Below are positions 11,624 through 25,678 of a stretch of 64,000 nt of DNA, in pieces; position 1 is the stretch's first letter, and the number at the start of each line of letters is the position of its first letter. The position numbers were made by a program, and so were the translations under genes. Source of the DNA: Octopus vulgaris (Eukaryota); contig OX597816.1 in the NCBI GenBank assembly GCA_951406725.2, positions 142,104,001 to 142,168,000 of the forward strand, in the 5' to 3' direction. Under the pieces are notes generated by a model. That model made no database searches. It saw only the letters and a program-made list of their open reading frames with translations, and was not told the DNA's origin.

Positions 11624-14600
11624 TGATTTGATATTGCTCCGAGATAAAATAATTATGAAGTATCGTATTAAAAATATAAGGGTAAAGAAATTATATATGA
11701 TGAGGTTTATTTACTAAATAAATTATTTCCTTCAGAGGAAACTTGTATGGAAATTTTAAAGGCATTTTCCCAAACCCCAAAGTTTCTAGAGAATTGCATG
11801 CATTTTCATATTTTAAAGCGAAAAAAATCTAAAAGTAAACAATTCGGGGTTTAACTGGAATTCGTATCCGCTGTACACTCTCCGTATAATATACATTATA
11901 TACAAATATAATCCCGCATACTGGAATAAGTACTCAGAGTGACATTTCGTTCAGTTTATAAATTTCGTACTTGAATGTATATAATGAAATCTAGATAATA
12001 CAGTAAATATATTATTATGTTTCAATATATGCTTTTCTGTAGTTCGCGCCTTTGTCTTACCGTGAGTCATGTAAACAAATCGTTTCACCTGACATACCTT
12101 TCTATCTTACCTGTACAGGTGTGGTAACAACAGCAGTAGCCAGCAGGACAGGAAGTGTGGAACAAGTCACCTCTCGCAGTGGAAATAACCTACTAATTGC
12201 AAGTAACTCGCACTTAACACTATATCTCAAATCAGGTAGAAAAATTACCAAAGAAGTTTGGCCATGGCCAAAACTCACCGATTACTCTTGTCAATTTTCT
12301 TGTTTCTATGGATAAACGAATATACAAAATGTTCGGCCAATCTAAGTAAGTTCTTTTACTTTTTTAAAATATATTCACCTATATTAAACTTCACTTGAAT
12401 ATCGAAAGTGTTTAATCATCGTGTTTGTATATTTATGTATATCATTATCGTTTTGTATTTTTTGACGAGGTTTTGTCAGAAAAAAAATCCGATTTATCTT
12501 TTTTAGTTTTAAAGAAATAATTTGAATATGTTTTTTTTTTTTGAAATGTTTGCATTTCCGGCATTTCATTTTCCATTGCTACTTTATCTCTAGCATAATG
12601 GCTGACCAATGGTTTTTATTGACAGAAGCTATCAAAAAGACAAACATATATTTAAAAAAAAATTAATCTAGTGTTGTTGAAGTATAGAAAAACCCATTCT
12701 GAATTTTATCAAATCCTGTTAATCGTATAAGCAACAGGTACACTTCAGCACAACAATTTTAATGTCTCACCGATCTTAGACCTCGTGAAATTAGGTCAAA
12801 TATTTGGAACGTATATTTTAATCATTTATAGAAGTCCCTTTATTAATTTATGTAATCAGTTTCTTTCTATCTTGCCTCGTGGAATAAATCATAAGAATAT
12901 TCAAAATTTGACTTTGTATCTAAACTAAGTCTCTATTTATATTCAATCATAAAAGTAATTTCCTTCTGCTTGTGAATGTTAATCATATCAAGAAAATTGA
13001 TATTTTCTCAGTTTTATATATAAATAATATTGTTTTCGCGAGACATTTGTATCTAATTATCACATTTAATTCCCTCCGGTGTCATTTTAAATATAAAATA
13101 AGTACTAGTGATTTCTGGTATAATTTCATATTTTAATAGACTCTTAAGTGTTGAAATAATGTCTAGAGAAATAATACTCAATAATAGTGTAGGGAAAATG
13201 AGAATTATAAGTGAATGTGTTTGTCTAAATATCTGACATTGATGATTAATAAATAATCACTTTTTTTGTCCGCTATAATTTTTAAGTTTGATAAGCTAAG
13301 TTCGTGTTAATTTTAGTTGGAAACAGACGTCTTTAAAATAAATCCAAGAGAAAATGTCACAGGAAATAATGGTCACAGAAAACTTTGAAAAAGTCACGGG
13401 AAAGTTTTAAAAAATAACCGATTGATTTAATGTTCTTGTTTCTTACTCAAGATACTAAACAAGATTTAATATATTTTTCGCTAACACATAATGCGTCATA
13501 TAAATTGTGTTGGCATTGTGTTAGTTAATTAACGGCGGGATGAGTGTCAAAATATTTTAGGACTTTATGACGGAAGTCAAGAATACGCACACCACTTGTT
13601 TTCGGCGTAACCTTAACCACCGCGTGTGTATAATTTACCTTCGCTGGACTTAATATTAATATTTGCTTCATTAGTTTAACTTATTATTTATAGTTATTTC
13701 GATGAAGTGAGACTGGTTTTCTCGATATAATAGTAACTTTTTTCTGGTCACCTTTAACTTCAACTCAGTATGCAAGTCAACTTGGGACTTTCTTACATAC
13801 CCGTTCGACCTACTTGAAAAAAGTAGTCATATTAGATCTACATCTTTAACACGAATGACATTCTAATGTAATTTTATATACTCCTAGAATGACTGGATAG
13901 TCATGAATGGAACGTTTTCCAGGATCAAGGATTAATGAAAATAGGCAATGATTTTACGTTGTTTTTGTTAGTTTTACTCCAGATCAGCTCTAATCGACCA
14001 GACTTTTGATCTGATGAATTCCTTCCGTGCCCTTCCCATCTTTTTGCTCAGTGCATTGCATCTAGAATTCCATTATACAATATGGTCTTTCCTTTTTTAA
14101 GACGGCAGAGTAGTTTGCTTGCGCATTTCGTTTGTAAAGTTTTAAAACTATTCTAAAGTTGAAAATTTGGAAAAAAAAAAGCCAAAACTATCTCTTGGTT
14201 TTTAGTAATAATCAAGCGTATAATAAGATTATAACATGTCTTTCATGTTGCTCGAGCATTAGTATGGATTTCCCAAAGCTTTAAATGATATTTATTTAAA
14301 ATCAGCGCCTCACTTACATACCCTAACACACTGTTCAAGAACTACTGCGCTCAGGGTTTCGCTTTTGAGGAAACAATTTGAGCGACCACATAATGTCTCT
14401 TTCGTTGGCTCACCATAACCTTAAATTGATCTAACAGACAAAACAATTACAAAGACTTTTGCATGACGGTTAACTTTTCCAAATATTTTATTGCAAGAGT
14501 CAGGAATTGTAGGAGAGATCTTTGGTTTTAGGTACATATACTCACAGGACGGGATCCGGAGCCTATGGGATTTTTATCCTACACTCCCGCCGGATTGATA

Positions 14601-15000
14601 GGAAAAAAAAAAAAGGAAACAGCCCAGGAAAATATGAAAATGGACTTGGGTAAGCGCAAGGAATATGTGAATGCTTAAATGTCACTTACTAAATAATATA
14701 TGTAATAACCTGTTAGTATCTTATTTATTAAAATATTTAACTTTTCTAAGAACGACACTTTAAAATTTTAATTTAATGACACGATTGTTAAAATAACTGT
14801 GAAAGGTCTACAAATACATCATAAGAATCGAGTATCTTCGAGGGAACGTGAAAATAATTCGTTTTTAACCATTGAACTCGAAGTAACATGTAATCAGGGA
14901 CAGCCTTAAGCCAATTGAACCGATTGCTCCCAATCGGGCCCCGCACCTAAGGAGGCCACATCCTATTCTGCGACATTTCATGAAGATGTTTTTTTTTTCT
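11400..15000. promoter_or_regulatory. CpG-retaining putative divergent promoter region
   Basis: CpG visibly more frequent than in the flanks; ETS-like CAGGAAGTG (12149) and CGGAAGT (13571); minus-strand GTAAG donors at 12110 and 12060; plus-strand donor GTGAGA at 13707. Confidence 0.55.
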
Positions 15001-15105
15001 TGTGTTACCAACTAATCACCTAATATGCTGCAAATAATTTTTCCCTTGGAAATTCCCCCCTTCACCTCACCCAAATGGGCTCCGCACCTCCTAAGACCTG
15101 ACCTG
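14895..15105. mobile_element. hAT (Tip100-like) MITE
   Basis: Imperfect TIR CAGGGACAGCCTTAAG / CCTAAGACCTGACCTG; TSD CATGTAAT / CATGTAGT. Confidence 0.8.
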
Positions 15106-16564
15106 CATGTAGTTACTGGGTTTGGATAGGAAAAGTTATTACAAATTGATTGTGTTGTCAACAACTTAATAGGAAGGATTGTCACAAAAATAAACCAACC
15201 TCTAAACAATTACAACATCAGTTCCACAGATATATGTACATAAAGCCAAAGATTGCCTACGATTATTTCCTATATATTGAACTTGGTTAATATAAATGGA
15301 GCCAGTTCACCATAAATGCTCTCATCTGAAGAAAATTCTGACAAGAAATATATTTTCATTGTTAGCAATCATAGCTTATTTCTTTACAAATTTCAAATCA
15401 ATGAAGTTTTATTATCGTACTGTTTTCCCCCTTGTTGTTAATCAACTTCTAATTATTTTATTTATTTTGAGTATTTTCTTAAGCACTTACAAAAATAAAA
15501 ATATAACCAAAAGATGTAGACAATCCCACGTGTGTTTCTGAGAAAGAAAAAAATAAATGATTGAAAAAAAATTAATGGCAATTTTTAAAAATTAATTAAA
15601 AAGTCAATTTCACTAGCCTCACACTAGGTTAGAAACATTTTAATGAGATTATATTTAGCAAAGAATAAAAGAAGAGAAAAAAAGACAACCAATGTCGTAA
15701 GTTAAAGGTTGTTACAGGAGAAAGAATTGAAGAGCATTCTTGGCAGTTGCTTTTGACCCAAATCGTGTTGATGACGAACTTCGTGGGTGGGAGTCTCATT
15801 GGTTTTCTATCAACAAATGCCATTAATTCTTTTCTAAAACCTTTTTCTTATACTTTCTAGAACAATAATCTCACGTGCTTCTCATTTTTACGTGCTTAAT
15901 TTCAGAAATAAATTTTATTTATTTATTTTTAAATAAATATTTTATTTCTTCTTCATTTCCTGATTACATGTTAGTTGCAAGTATCTTTAATTTTCAGTTC
16001 TTTGATTCTCCATAGTAATAACCCTGAAAGTAACACCACCAATCTCTAGATTAGCTGATCTAATGACCCCACAAGACAAGTCACTGTTTCTGAAATTATT
16101 GTGTGGATGCCAATATGAAGCAAATAAAAATCTTCATTTAAACATCGCCTTAGACTCGAATTAGTTAATTCTCATGAATTCTTTTTGAAATTCTGATACT
16201 TGTCTTCATCAGCAAATTCAGTGTTGAGTTTTAACAAAGAGTGGACCTATTCAACATGCAATTTCTTGCTAATGGGTTCCCATTTGTGTTGTAGTTATAA
16301 ATACTTGGAGGGCTTTTTAATATTTTATTGCAATGTAACAGAGTTCCGTTCCTATTCATTGCCTATCATTGTTTGGCCTTGTTTAGTTCCTGATATGTGG
16401 TTAAGTACATAGGACTAGTTGCCTACCGTCTCATTTAATACAGTAGAAGCTTAATCCATAAGAAGTCACTATTCATGTGAAAGATTGACAAAGTTCTATT
16501 TGGATAGTATACCATTCAAATTACTTTGTTGAAGTCAACTCCAGTTTAACAGATCTATGGTTAA

Positions 16565-17541
16565 CACATTTGTTACCACATTTCTTTTGAAATAGACTAC
16601 TTTTATTGCCTTGTGCACGTAAGTGAAAGCAGGGTATTGTAATCACTCATCTTTGTCTGTGTGTTTGCAAAATTACTGGAAAACAGCTGAAGAGATTTTC
16701 ACCAAATTTGGCAGAAATACTCATTGAGTGAGTGGTTCGAAATAATGAAAATTTGGTTTGATTATTTTCAGACATACATAAATACGTACATAGATATGTG
16801 TGTGTGTATGTACACTGAAGGATTTGAGGGTTTCATTTATTTATGAGATGATTTCTTAATTTCGTTGAAGTATAAATACCTATAATAGAGATACTTAAAG
16901 AAAAATCAAACATACAAATTTCCTGATAAGCAAGTGGTCATATTATTTATATCCAACAATGAACTACAGTGCATTTATATCCAACAATGAACTACAGTGC
17001 CATCATTGAAAGACTTTGCTATGCAATATTTTCTATAAGTATTTCATTTTGTTCACTTTCTTTTTCATATGAATCAACCCTCGTCTGTGTGTATATAGAT
17101 CATGATCTACCTATGCGCATAGACGTGTGGGTGGATAGATAAATACATACATAGATGTGTGGGTGGATAGATAAATACATACATAGATGTGTGCGTGTGT
17201 GTGTACAGTGATGGATTCAAGGGTTTTGTTTATTTACGAGTTGATTTCTTGATTTAGGCTTCTAATCCTCTTTTAGTCAAACACATACAAAGCTTAATTC
17301 AGCTCAATTAAAAAGCATGGGTAAGCAACATATTGTAAGCCTCACTATAATTTGCAAAAAATCTATCTGTGCACAGGATGCCTTTTTTTTTTATTTCAAT
17401 TAATTTTGAAAATAATCATTTAGCAATTTGATTTAGTTGGCATTAAGCTGGGGTTTGGAACTTAAATTAACGTGATATTTTGATGAATGGTTTTAATTTC
17501 GATCACTTTAAAGAAGGGATCATACAACTATATCAAAAGAG
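16565..17541. mobile_element. piggyBac-type MITE split by an insertion of about 780 bp
   Basis: TTAA at 16561 and 17542; joined halves are collinear with the reverse complement of 18847-19068. Confidence 0.7.
16605..17385 (+). mobile_element. Helentron-associated (HINE/DINE-1-like) non-autonomous element
   Basis: Inserted in a T run; subterminal inverted repeat CCTTGTGCAC / GTGCACAGG; internal short tandem duplications at about 16946-17000 and 17118-17185. Confidence 0.55.
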
Positions 17542-17741
17542 TTAAAGGTGTTCCTGCTATGATCATTCCATCATATTGTGTCTGGTACAAAATTAAAAGA
17601 AGAAAGCTTATGATTAAAGTTAATCAAAATTAATCTAAACAGATAAAATTACAGACCTTAGGAGTCAAGACCAACCAGACAGATCAAATTTCTGTTACCA
17701 GTTTTGTAACTTCGTTATGTTATTGCATATAGACAACTATA

Positions 17742-17956
17742 TTGGTTTCAAATTTAAGCTCAAGGCCAACAATTTTGGGGAAGAGATAAGTCAATTCCAT
17801 CAGCCCCAGTGTACAACTGGTCCTTATTTTATCAACCCTGAAAGGATGAAGGGCAAAGTCAACTTTGGCAGAATTTGACCTCAGAACATAAACACAGTTG
17901 AAATACCATTAAGCATTCTTCCCAGCATACTAACAATTCTGCCAGCTCACCACCTT
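17742..17956 (-). mobile_element. OK-type SINE
   Basis: Collinear with 54508-54722. Confidence 0.85.
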
Positions 17957-18364
17957 CATATTGACAACAATATTGGCAATACTTTTTGTTAACTTTTCAT
18001 CTCCTTATAATAGCTATCTGGTTTTAAAACAATCTCCATCTTCAGCTTATTGTTCTTTGGAATAGAAACAGTAATTATGAAATTGTATCTTCTTGGATGG
18101 TTATGCAAAATTGTTATGGACTTCTCCATTAATTTTGTTTCCATTAAGTCATTCTCAGAGTATCTTGTTATTTCTGGTTACAAAGTAAAAGCAATTCAGT
18201 TTATCATCAGTCTGTAGGTTTTAAATAGATTTTGAAAGAAATTTATCTTTACTGCTTCTAACACAGACTATCTTAGTATATCCATTCTACATTTATATGA
18301 ACTTCCTAGCTACCTACATATCTTTAACCATGATCTATTATTTGTGACCTACTTCATCTTGTGA

Positions 18365-18500
18365 AGGCACATGGCTTTGTGGTTAGAGTATTAGATTCAT
18401 GAGCATAATGTCATGGGTTTAGTTCTTCGATCAAGTAGAGCATTCTACCTTTGAACAAGGCACTTCATTTCATATTACTCTAGTTTACTCAGCTGAAATG
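18365..18500 (+). mobile_element. Old tRNA-derived SINE head
   Basis: TGGCTTTGTGGTTAGAG A-box-like, GGGTTTAGTTC B-box-like, then CCTTTGAACAAGGCACTT. Confidence 0.55.
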
Positions 18501-18846
18501 AGGTCAATGTTCTCTCCTTCTAGTTGTTACACACCAGATATTCCACTGGTTTAAGGATTTGAGGGTGTCTGTCTGCTTGCAATTACTTATCGACTTAGTC
18601 CCTTTGTCCTTGTTTGTCCCCTCTATGTTTAGCCCCCTGTGGGCAAGAAAGAAATAAATTAATTAGGTGGCTAAAACAATTAGTGAATGCATGATATAGG
18701 CTGCCACATCATACTCACTTGAAGTGATGGTTATGGTATTTTTTTACTGCTCCCTCTAACTTTATCTCAACTTATGTCTATCCCTACATCAACGACCAAC
18801 TTGTACCTGCTCAAACAATAGTTTTCATTGATTTCATTACATATTA

Positions 18847-19068
18847 CCCTTTTGATACCAACCCAGCTGAAACCACCTCTGGTTCTGTAGTACAAATGTC
18901 TTGTTTTCAAATGTTCTGAATTAAAATCTTTCATCAAACCTTAGTCACAATTTATGTTGCTAACACTAGCTTAATGATAACTAAGTTATTTTACTAAATT
19001 CTTTGTTATATTTTAAATTAATTGAAAGAGACACAGAGTATCTCAACAGAAATATGGTAACAAAAGGG
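18847..19068. mobile_element. piggyBac-type MITE
   Basis: TIR CCCTTTTGATACCA / TGGTAACAAAAGGG; TTAA on the right, ATTA on the left. Confidence 0.8.
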
Positions 19069-19072
19069 TTAA

Positions 19073-19350
19073 TGTCTAGTGCCGCCTGACTGGCTACCGT
19101 GCCAGTGGCACGTAAAAAGTACCATTTGAGTGTGATCAATGCCAGTACTGCCTGGCTGGCTCCCATTCCGGTGGCACGTAAAAAGCACTCACTACACTCT
19201 CGGAGTGGTTGACATTAAGAAGAGTGTCCAGCTGTAGAAACCTTGCTAGATTAGATTGGAGTCTGGTGCAGCCTTCTGGCTTGCCAGTCCTCAGTCAAAC
19301 CGTCCAACCCATGCCAGCATGTAAAGTGGATGTTAAACAACGATGATGAT
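19073..19350 (+). mobile_element. RTE LINE 3' UTR fragment
   Basis: Reverse complement of the 61380 tail; ends in GATGATGAT. Confidence 0.85.
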
Positions 19351-20362
19351 AACTGTTATTTTAGCACCTCAATTATTTTAATTCCTCATTACTTTGGTAA
19401 AATTGTTTCACTTCACAGTGCATCTCTAGAAAATCCAAAGTGACTTTTTTTTTTGATCTTTATGATATTTTCACATCTTGTTTTGACTTTTTTACTCATT
19501 TCAAAAAGTTCTACATGCTTATCATTCGACAATGAAATATATTTTGAATTCTAAGGAAGAATGAAAACATAGAAATTGACTTCTTATTTGCTAGCTGTAT
19601 TATTCAATTCTTTAAGTCAGAAGTCTTTTTCTGGATGTAATTTTTTCATTTAATGGGATTAGTGATTTAGAATTAAAGTCTTATCAGGTATTCTGTAAGT
19701 TTGATTTAATTAAGGGCTTTGTAAGTCAGATTTAATTAAGGTGCTTTGGAAAGACTTCTCATTAAAATAACTGTTTATTATGACTTGTTGAAAGTTCCTT
19801 AAGTTTGTAGAAGCTCACTATTGAGCTGTCAACATAAAAACATTATTTGAATTTATTGGAAAATGCATTATCGATAAAGTTTTTCTTAAAAATGTAATTA
19901 AAGATGGAAGGATCATTATAGGCTTATATGTATTCTATGTGTAGAGGTTTCTATTTATTACTGTCCAGCATTCAAAGGATTTCAAAATTAAGAAAATCAT
20001 ATTTCTCAATTGCAACAAGTTCTACCAAACAAACATTTATTCCCACAATAAATCAACAATGTTCTATATTTTTTGTTTGGAGTATATCCTTAGTTGCTTG
20101 AGATAAATAGCCAAAACATTTGATATAGAGTTGCTTTTCTTTTTCTTTCTTATGCCAAAGATATTATATTGGAATTAGCAAAAGTTGGTTAACAAACTTT
20201 CCTGGAGCCATTCAGGGACAATCAATTGTTGGTGAATTATTTTGATAGAAATATGTATGTGATTATGAATTTATTGTAATCATATATGCACTGGGGCATA
20301 CAGAAGTTGCCAAATTATTAAGAAAAGCACTAAAGTATATCAAGAAAACATATTCAGTCAAC

Positions 20363-20552
20363 GTCGGTGGCACATAAAATCACCCACTACACTCTCGGAG
20401 TGGTTGGCGTTAGGAAGGGCATCCAGCTGTAGAAACACTGCCAGATCTGACTGGCCTGGTGCAGCCTTCGGGCTCCCCAGACCCCAGTTGAACCGTCCAA
20501 CCCATGCTAGCATGGAAAACGGACGCTAAATGATGATGATGATGATGATGAT
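20363..20552 (+). mobile_element. Young RTE LINE 3' tail
   Basis: GGAAGGGCATCCAGCTGTAGAAAC...CATGCTAGCATGGAAAACGGACGCTAAA followed by (TGA)n. Confidence 0.88.
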
Positions 20553-23089
20553 CTAAGTAACAGAAATTCAGTCAACATCTAAGTAACAGAAATTCAGAGG
20601 CAGGTCTATGAATTTCTGTTGCATAGAGAAAATCTTTATTGTAACAACAATGATGCAAATGATTTTTTTTTTTTTAGTCATTTCTATAATATTGGTTTCG
20701 CCTATTTTGTATTAATGGAGGTTAAAACCTAGTAGGAGTTTGTTGCTATAAACTGTCTGTAAATAGGATAAATTGTTTTGAAATCTAAGTTTTTCCACTA
20801 ACCTGCTGCACCATCATTAACTTGTGACCTCTTATCATCTATCACGTTTCTGGCCAGTCTTCTTTATCAAATTATTTTTATTCCCAGCAGTTTCTTAGAA
20901 CTGACGTTTAATACAGTCTATAAAATATTCTTTAAAAACTCTAGGAATTGTCACCCATGAGATTCTGCAGTTTTCCCTTTTTTTATCTTCATGTATTTCA
21001 TTTCTTTCATCTTCTATGACCATAATTCTAATGAAATACACTGCCTAATTGATTTGGAAAATAAAGTATTTGGTATGATTTTGTAAAACAAAAAAATAGA
21101 AAAGAAAACTTTTTAACTCCATTGATACACTGATTTCTCCTTACATCACCCCTAATGTTATATGTACTTAGTTATTCCTTGCAAGAGCTGCAACCTTTTG
21201 GAATTCTCTCTATGCTTATGTTTTTCCTGTAGATATCGGCATGCATATGTTCAAACTGCATATCATCTTTTTTCATGTGACCAATATGAAAGTGTTTGCA
21301 AATGTTATGGGAACTTGCCTTCATATTCTGAGTCACTTATAAAAGAAAAATAGTGTTATATTAGTAATCTTTTTTTGTATTTAGTTGCTGGTGAGAGTCC
21401 AATATTTGGTCAGATTCTCTGTGGCTGTAAACATTTTTAGTTGTTGTTGTTTCATTTGAAAGTTATACAATCCATGAGTGAAAGAATCAAATTTGATACA
21501 AGATATATAGCAACACTAGATGTTAATTTTTCCAATATACTTCCCTTCTAATGGGATAGACTTGTAAATATACTTGTAAATCGAAAGTTGTTTCACTCAT
21601 TCTTCAACTAATGATTCAATTCTAATCTAGAACAGATAATTTTATTGTGTACATCAGATTTTGATGGGGTTTCTTGACCTTTGGTGTGGTTGTGTTCTTT
21701 GCTGTTATTCCCTATTCTCTCTATCCAGCCTGCTTAGTATAAGGGTATACCAATAAAATGCTACATTTTGTGTCCATAGAGAGCACTAAAATCTCAAATA
21801 CTTATTTTGAATTTCTGTCTGCTCCACACTAATTTTCACATATAGTAACATTTCTATATCGAAATTACTTATTCTAAATTTGAATCACTGTTTGATAAAC
21901 TTTTGTCTAGAGAGATTACTAATATCTTCTTGAGCTCTAAGTTATTTTCTTCAAATACTTTTGGTAACTAAAGGAAATTTTGTCGATATTTATCATCAAA
22001 GAACGAACTAGACATGTTTCTAATTTGGGATCTTGATTGGTGTTGGAATATATAAAGCAGTCACAGTAATTGATTATTAGTATTATACACCCAGACATGC
22101 ATTATAGATCTATCATCATATACATATTAACTTCACTATATATTATCCTCCCACAACGTCATTGCAACATTCTTACATTAGTAAGTCTGAAGCTTTGCAC
22201 AGCTTCACTGAAAATTCATATAAAACGTATGATCATATGTGCAAAGTAATTTTGAAATATTAATTTGATCGTTCTTCTTCAATGAACTGTAAACATTCCC
22301 AGCAAGTTAGTCTGTGACATTTTTATCCTGAGTTGCCAATGTAAAGGATGTAAGTCTATGAAAACAATTCCTGTTCAGAGAAGAAACTTACAAATGGTAA
22401 AATATTGCTTGGAATAGATAAATAAAAATCAATGAGAATTCTTAAATTTCACCTGTAGTAGGTGTAAGTGGCACATAATGTAGATGAGATGGTGGCAGAA
22501 TTTAAATAACAGGTCTTGGAATCACATTGATCTTATATAGAAACTAAAATGTTTTGTGATTGCACACAGCATTGAAGACGAACTAGAGCAAGAAGTTTTG
22601 AGATAACTTAGTTAATATAAACAAAGAAATTAAGCAAATTATTAAGCAAATTACCTTGGGATGATTTTCTTAACATTAGATCTAATAGACTTTACATAGT
22701 TTTTATCGCTATGAACATTGGCTTTTTAATATTTCTTCATCTGTAAGTGTATTGGATGGCAGAATTAGAAGGGGACTTGTGGTATTTAGTTACATTCTGA
22801 ATATAAATTCTTATGGAGTTGACAAAATAAGTACCAGTTAAGTACCTTAAGTGATTTAATGAACTTTTCCCCTCCAAATTTGTAGGCTTTTGCCTATGCT
22901 GCAAATGATTTTTTCCCTGTATCTGTCAACAATATAGCTTAGTGTTTTGATATACATTTTTCTATACTTGCAAAACTTCATTAATTTTTTTCTTCCCTTC
23001 CATCTTCTAGTTGTATTTATATTGACATAATATTATGTATATTTATCTGTTAAGGCATGAATATGTTCATACATGCAAGTGTATATTTA

Positions 23090-24217
23090 CTATATATACT
23101 TGTGTAAAAGTCAAGTTTTTTAAGGTCAAATTTATGGAGTCAACTATTACATGGATACTGCTTTTGAGGGGCTGAAATTCAAATTGGAATCCAAAATACC
23201 ATATCAGCAACAGAAGCCCAACTGATCACTAAGCAAATAAAAATAAAAACAATGAATTACAGTCATATTACCAATTCTATGCATCAAAACACACGTCCTA
23301 GTAAATAAAACCCATAAACAAGACTGCATAGCTTTTATAAATATTTACACTTTCTCTTTTATTTGTCTCCATTAAACATAACAGACTAGCTGAGTGAAAT
23401 CAGTTTATATCTCATAATATAACATTAATGCATTTCAGCATAGGTGCTATCGTATTCACGCTCATGGTCAGTTGTCATTTCGTGGAATGCGTTTGCCACA
23501 TGATTCTTATAAGTTAAGCAATGTGTCATGTATAAGCTGTCCTCAACAGGAATGAAAAAATAAAGTTGCAGGATGTCATGTGGAGTTACCAGTAAATGTC
23601 CATAATATGGTGTAGAATTGTTAATCTGGAGCAGGGATTTCCAAAGTGTGTTCTGCAAAACCCCAGGGTTCCCTGCAAGTTATCAAGGGTTCCACATTTT
23701 TAAAAATTATGTCGACAGATTCCGTGGCAAAAATAGTTTGGGAACCACTGATCTAGTGATTAACTAAATGTTTTTAGGCTTACTGAAGTCATGCCTCTGT
23801 ATGAATTCATACAGTAGTGTTTGGTGTTGTTTGCTGATAGTGCTGTCTGTGAAACATGTTTCTCACCATGTAAGCAACGAGTGTATGATGCATATGTTTG
23901 TTGTACTTGAAGATGTATGCAGGCTTGAAGCATATCCTATGCATACATTTAAGTTATGGTGATGTAGCACCCATCAACAGATGTGTAGTGCTTGCTATTA
24001 AATGGTGTTTTACTATAAGCATTGAGCATTCCATTATAGAGAAGGCTGCAGTAAGGTAGCCACACAATTATGTAAATGTTATTTCTACATATGTCCTGTT
24101 GTTTGTGGAATACTAGGGTCGACTTTTATATAGGGTCTATGGAAAATTTCCAACTGTTTGGTCAAAAATAGGGGGTCGACTTTTACATGAGATCGACTAT
24201 TACTCGAGTATATGCGG
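23090..24217. mobile_element. Tc1/mariner-superfamily (Tc2/pogo-like) non-autonomous element
   Basis: TA flanks; TIRs match at 18/25 (CTATATATACTTGTGTAAAAGTCAA vs CCGCATATACTCGAGTAATAGTCGA), several differences at CpGs. Confidence 0.75.
23632..23750. mobile_element. Small hAT MITE nested in the Tc element
   Basis: CAGGGATTTCCAAA...TTTGGGAACCACTG; flanks ATCTGGAG / ATCTAGTG. Confidence 0.75.
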
Positions 24218-25678
24218 TATATAAAATTGAGTGTCCCATGGTGTATATTTGTGTATATCCTTGGTTGAAGTACAGAATTTTCATATGATTCGCCAATATT
24301 TTTAATCGAGCATCCCAGGAAGAATTGTAATTCACACTTTAGAAAGAAGTCACTTTATTGAGTGTTGATAAAAGAACAGATGCCTTCTAAACTTTGAAGA
24401 TAATCTGCAGGCAATGTTCAGTGAACTTTTTTCCCAGTAATAGAACAAAATACCTCTAGTGCATTTAAATTTATGAACAGGTGGTTCCATACTTCAACAA
24501 TTCAACCATCCTACTTCTACTCTCTCAGATACAAAAACATTACTTCCCCCTGTGAATTCTGCTTCAGTCTATATGGTTAAGTTACTCCTTAGCTCCCCAC
24601 ACAAATAAAAAAAATTAATGTAGTCTTGATTGAATGTTAGTATTTAGCCTGTAAGGCTTCCATGACTTGTCACAGGTAATGATAAGTTGTTGCATGTATT
24701 TAGAAAAGAATTATGTTAACTAGTTGTTTATGAGAAAATGGAATATTAGTATCGTCACTCTTCCCTGAGAAATAATATTTGCATTACTTTATCCTTTATA
24801 CTTTATCCTTTTGTAAGCAAATTCATGGATGATGTGCAAAAGACCTTTGCCAAAGGAAGGAAGAAATATTAGGCATTGACAGTATTGGACTTAAAAGCTA
24901 AAATGTGGGGAGTTGTTATCAGTGTCATCAATATTGCAGTGTCTATTGTTATTGATGTCTGATATATCATTGGTGAATGGGAAGTGATTTGAGAAGATAA
25001 CTGGTCCAGATAGAATACCAGAGATGGTGATGCAACATTGCAAGAAAGTGTTCCATAAACTCATGCATTTGTAATATCATAAATCAAGAAAGTACGGTTC
25101 TATATTATCAGTTGAATGGGATTTTGACCAGAAATATCATATATTACAGTTGGATAATATTGAATACAACTTCATTCATTGGTGGTTGTTCCCCATCACC
25201 ATAGAAATGGTTAGGAATATTGGCAATAAAAATACAGAATGAAGTTAGACCCTTTATTTCAGGAGGATGTATGCATATTTCAGAATAAGATATTCATATT
25301 TCTGTAGTAATATTTAAAGACATATGAAAGAAATCCAACATCTTAGCTAGAATAGAAGGCGTTATTGTTTGAAAGTAATTGCTAGAATATCAATCTTGGT
25401 CAAAAATATGAATAATCAGTCATTCATGGTTACAGGTTTGGAACAGAGAAACTGTGAAATTATTTGCCAGATTTTAAGAAAGAAAACAATTGGCTTTGGC
25501 AACAGAACTATCTTATACACAGAAAGAAAAAGAAGTTCTGTCTGTTTGGTAGAAATTTGTTTTCATGTTCATACTGGCATGGGTTAGACAATTATATTAT
25601 GAAAGCTTTATGAAATTTACAGGAAAACAAAAGATGAATACAGGTGTATTAGTTTCATGCTCAGGAAGGTGAGAAAGT

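Noticed and set aside
21233-21353. Second exon joined to ATG-AA at 13702
   Set aside because: It would give a short peptide ending in a stop with no recognisable homology
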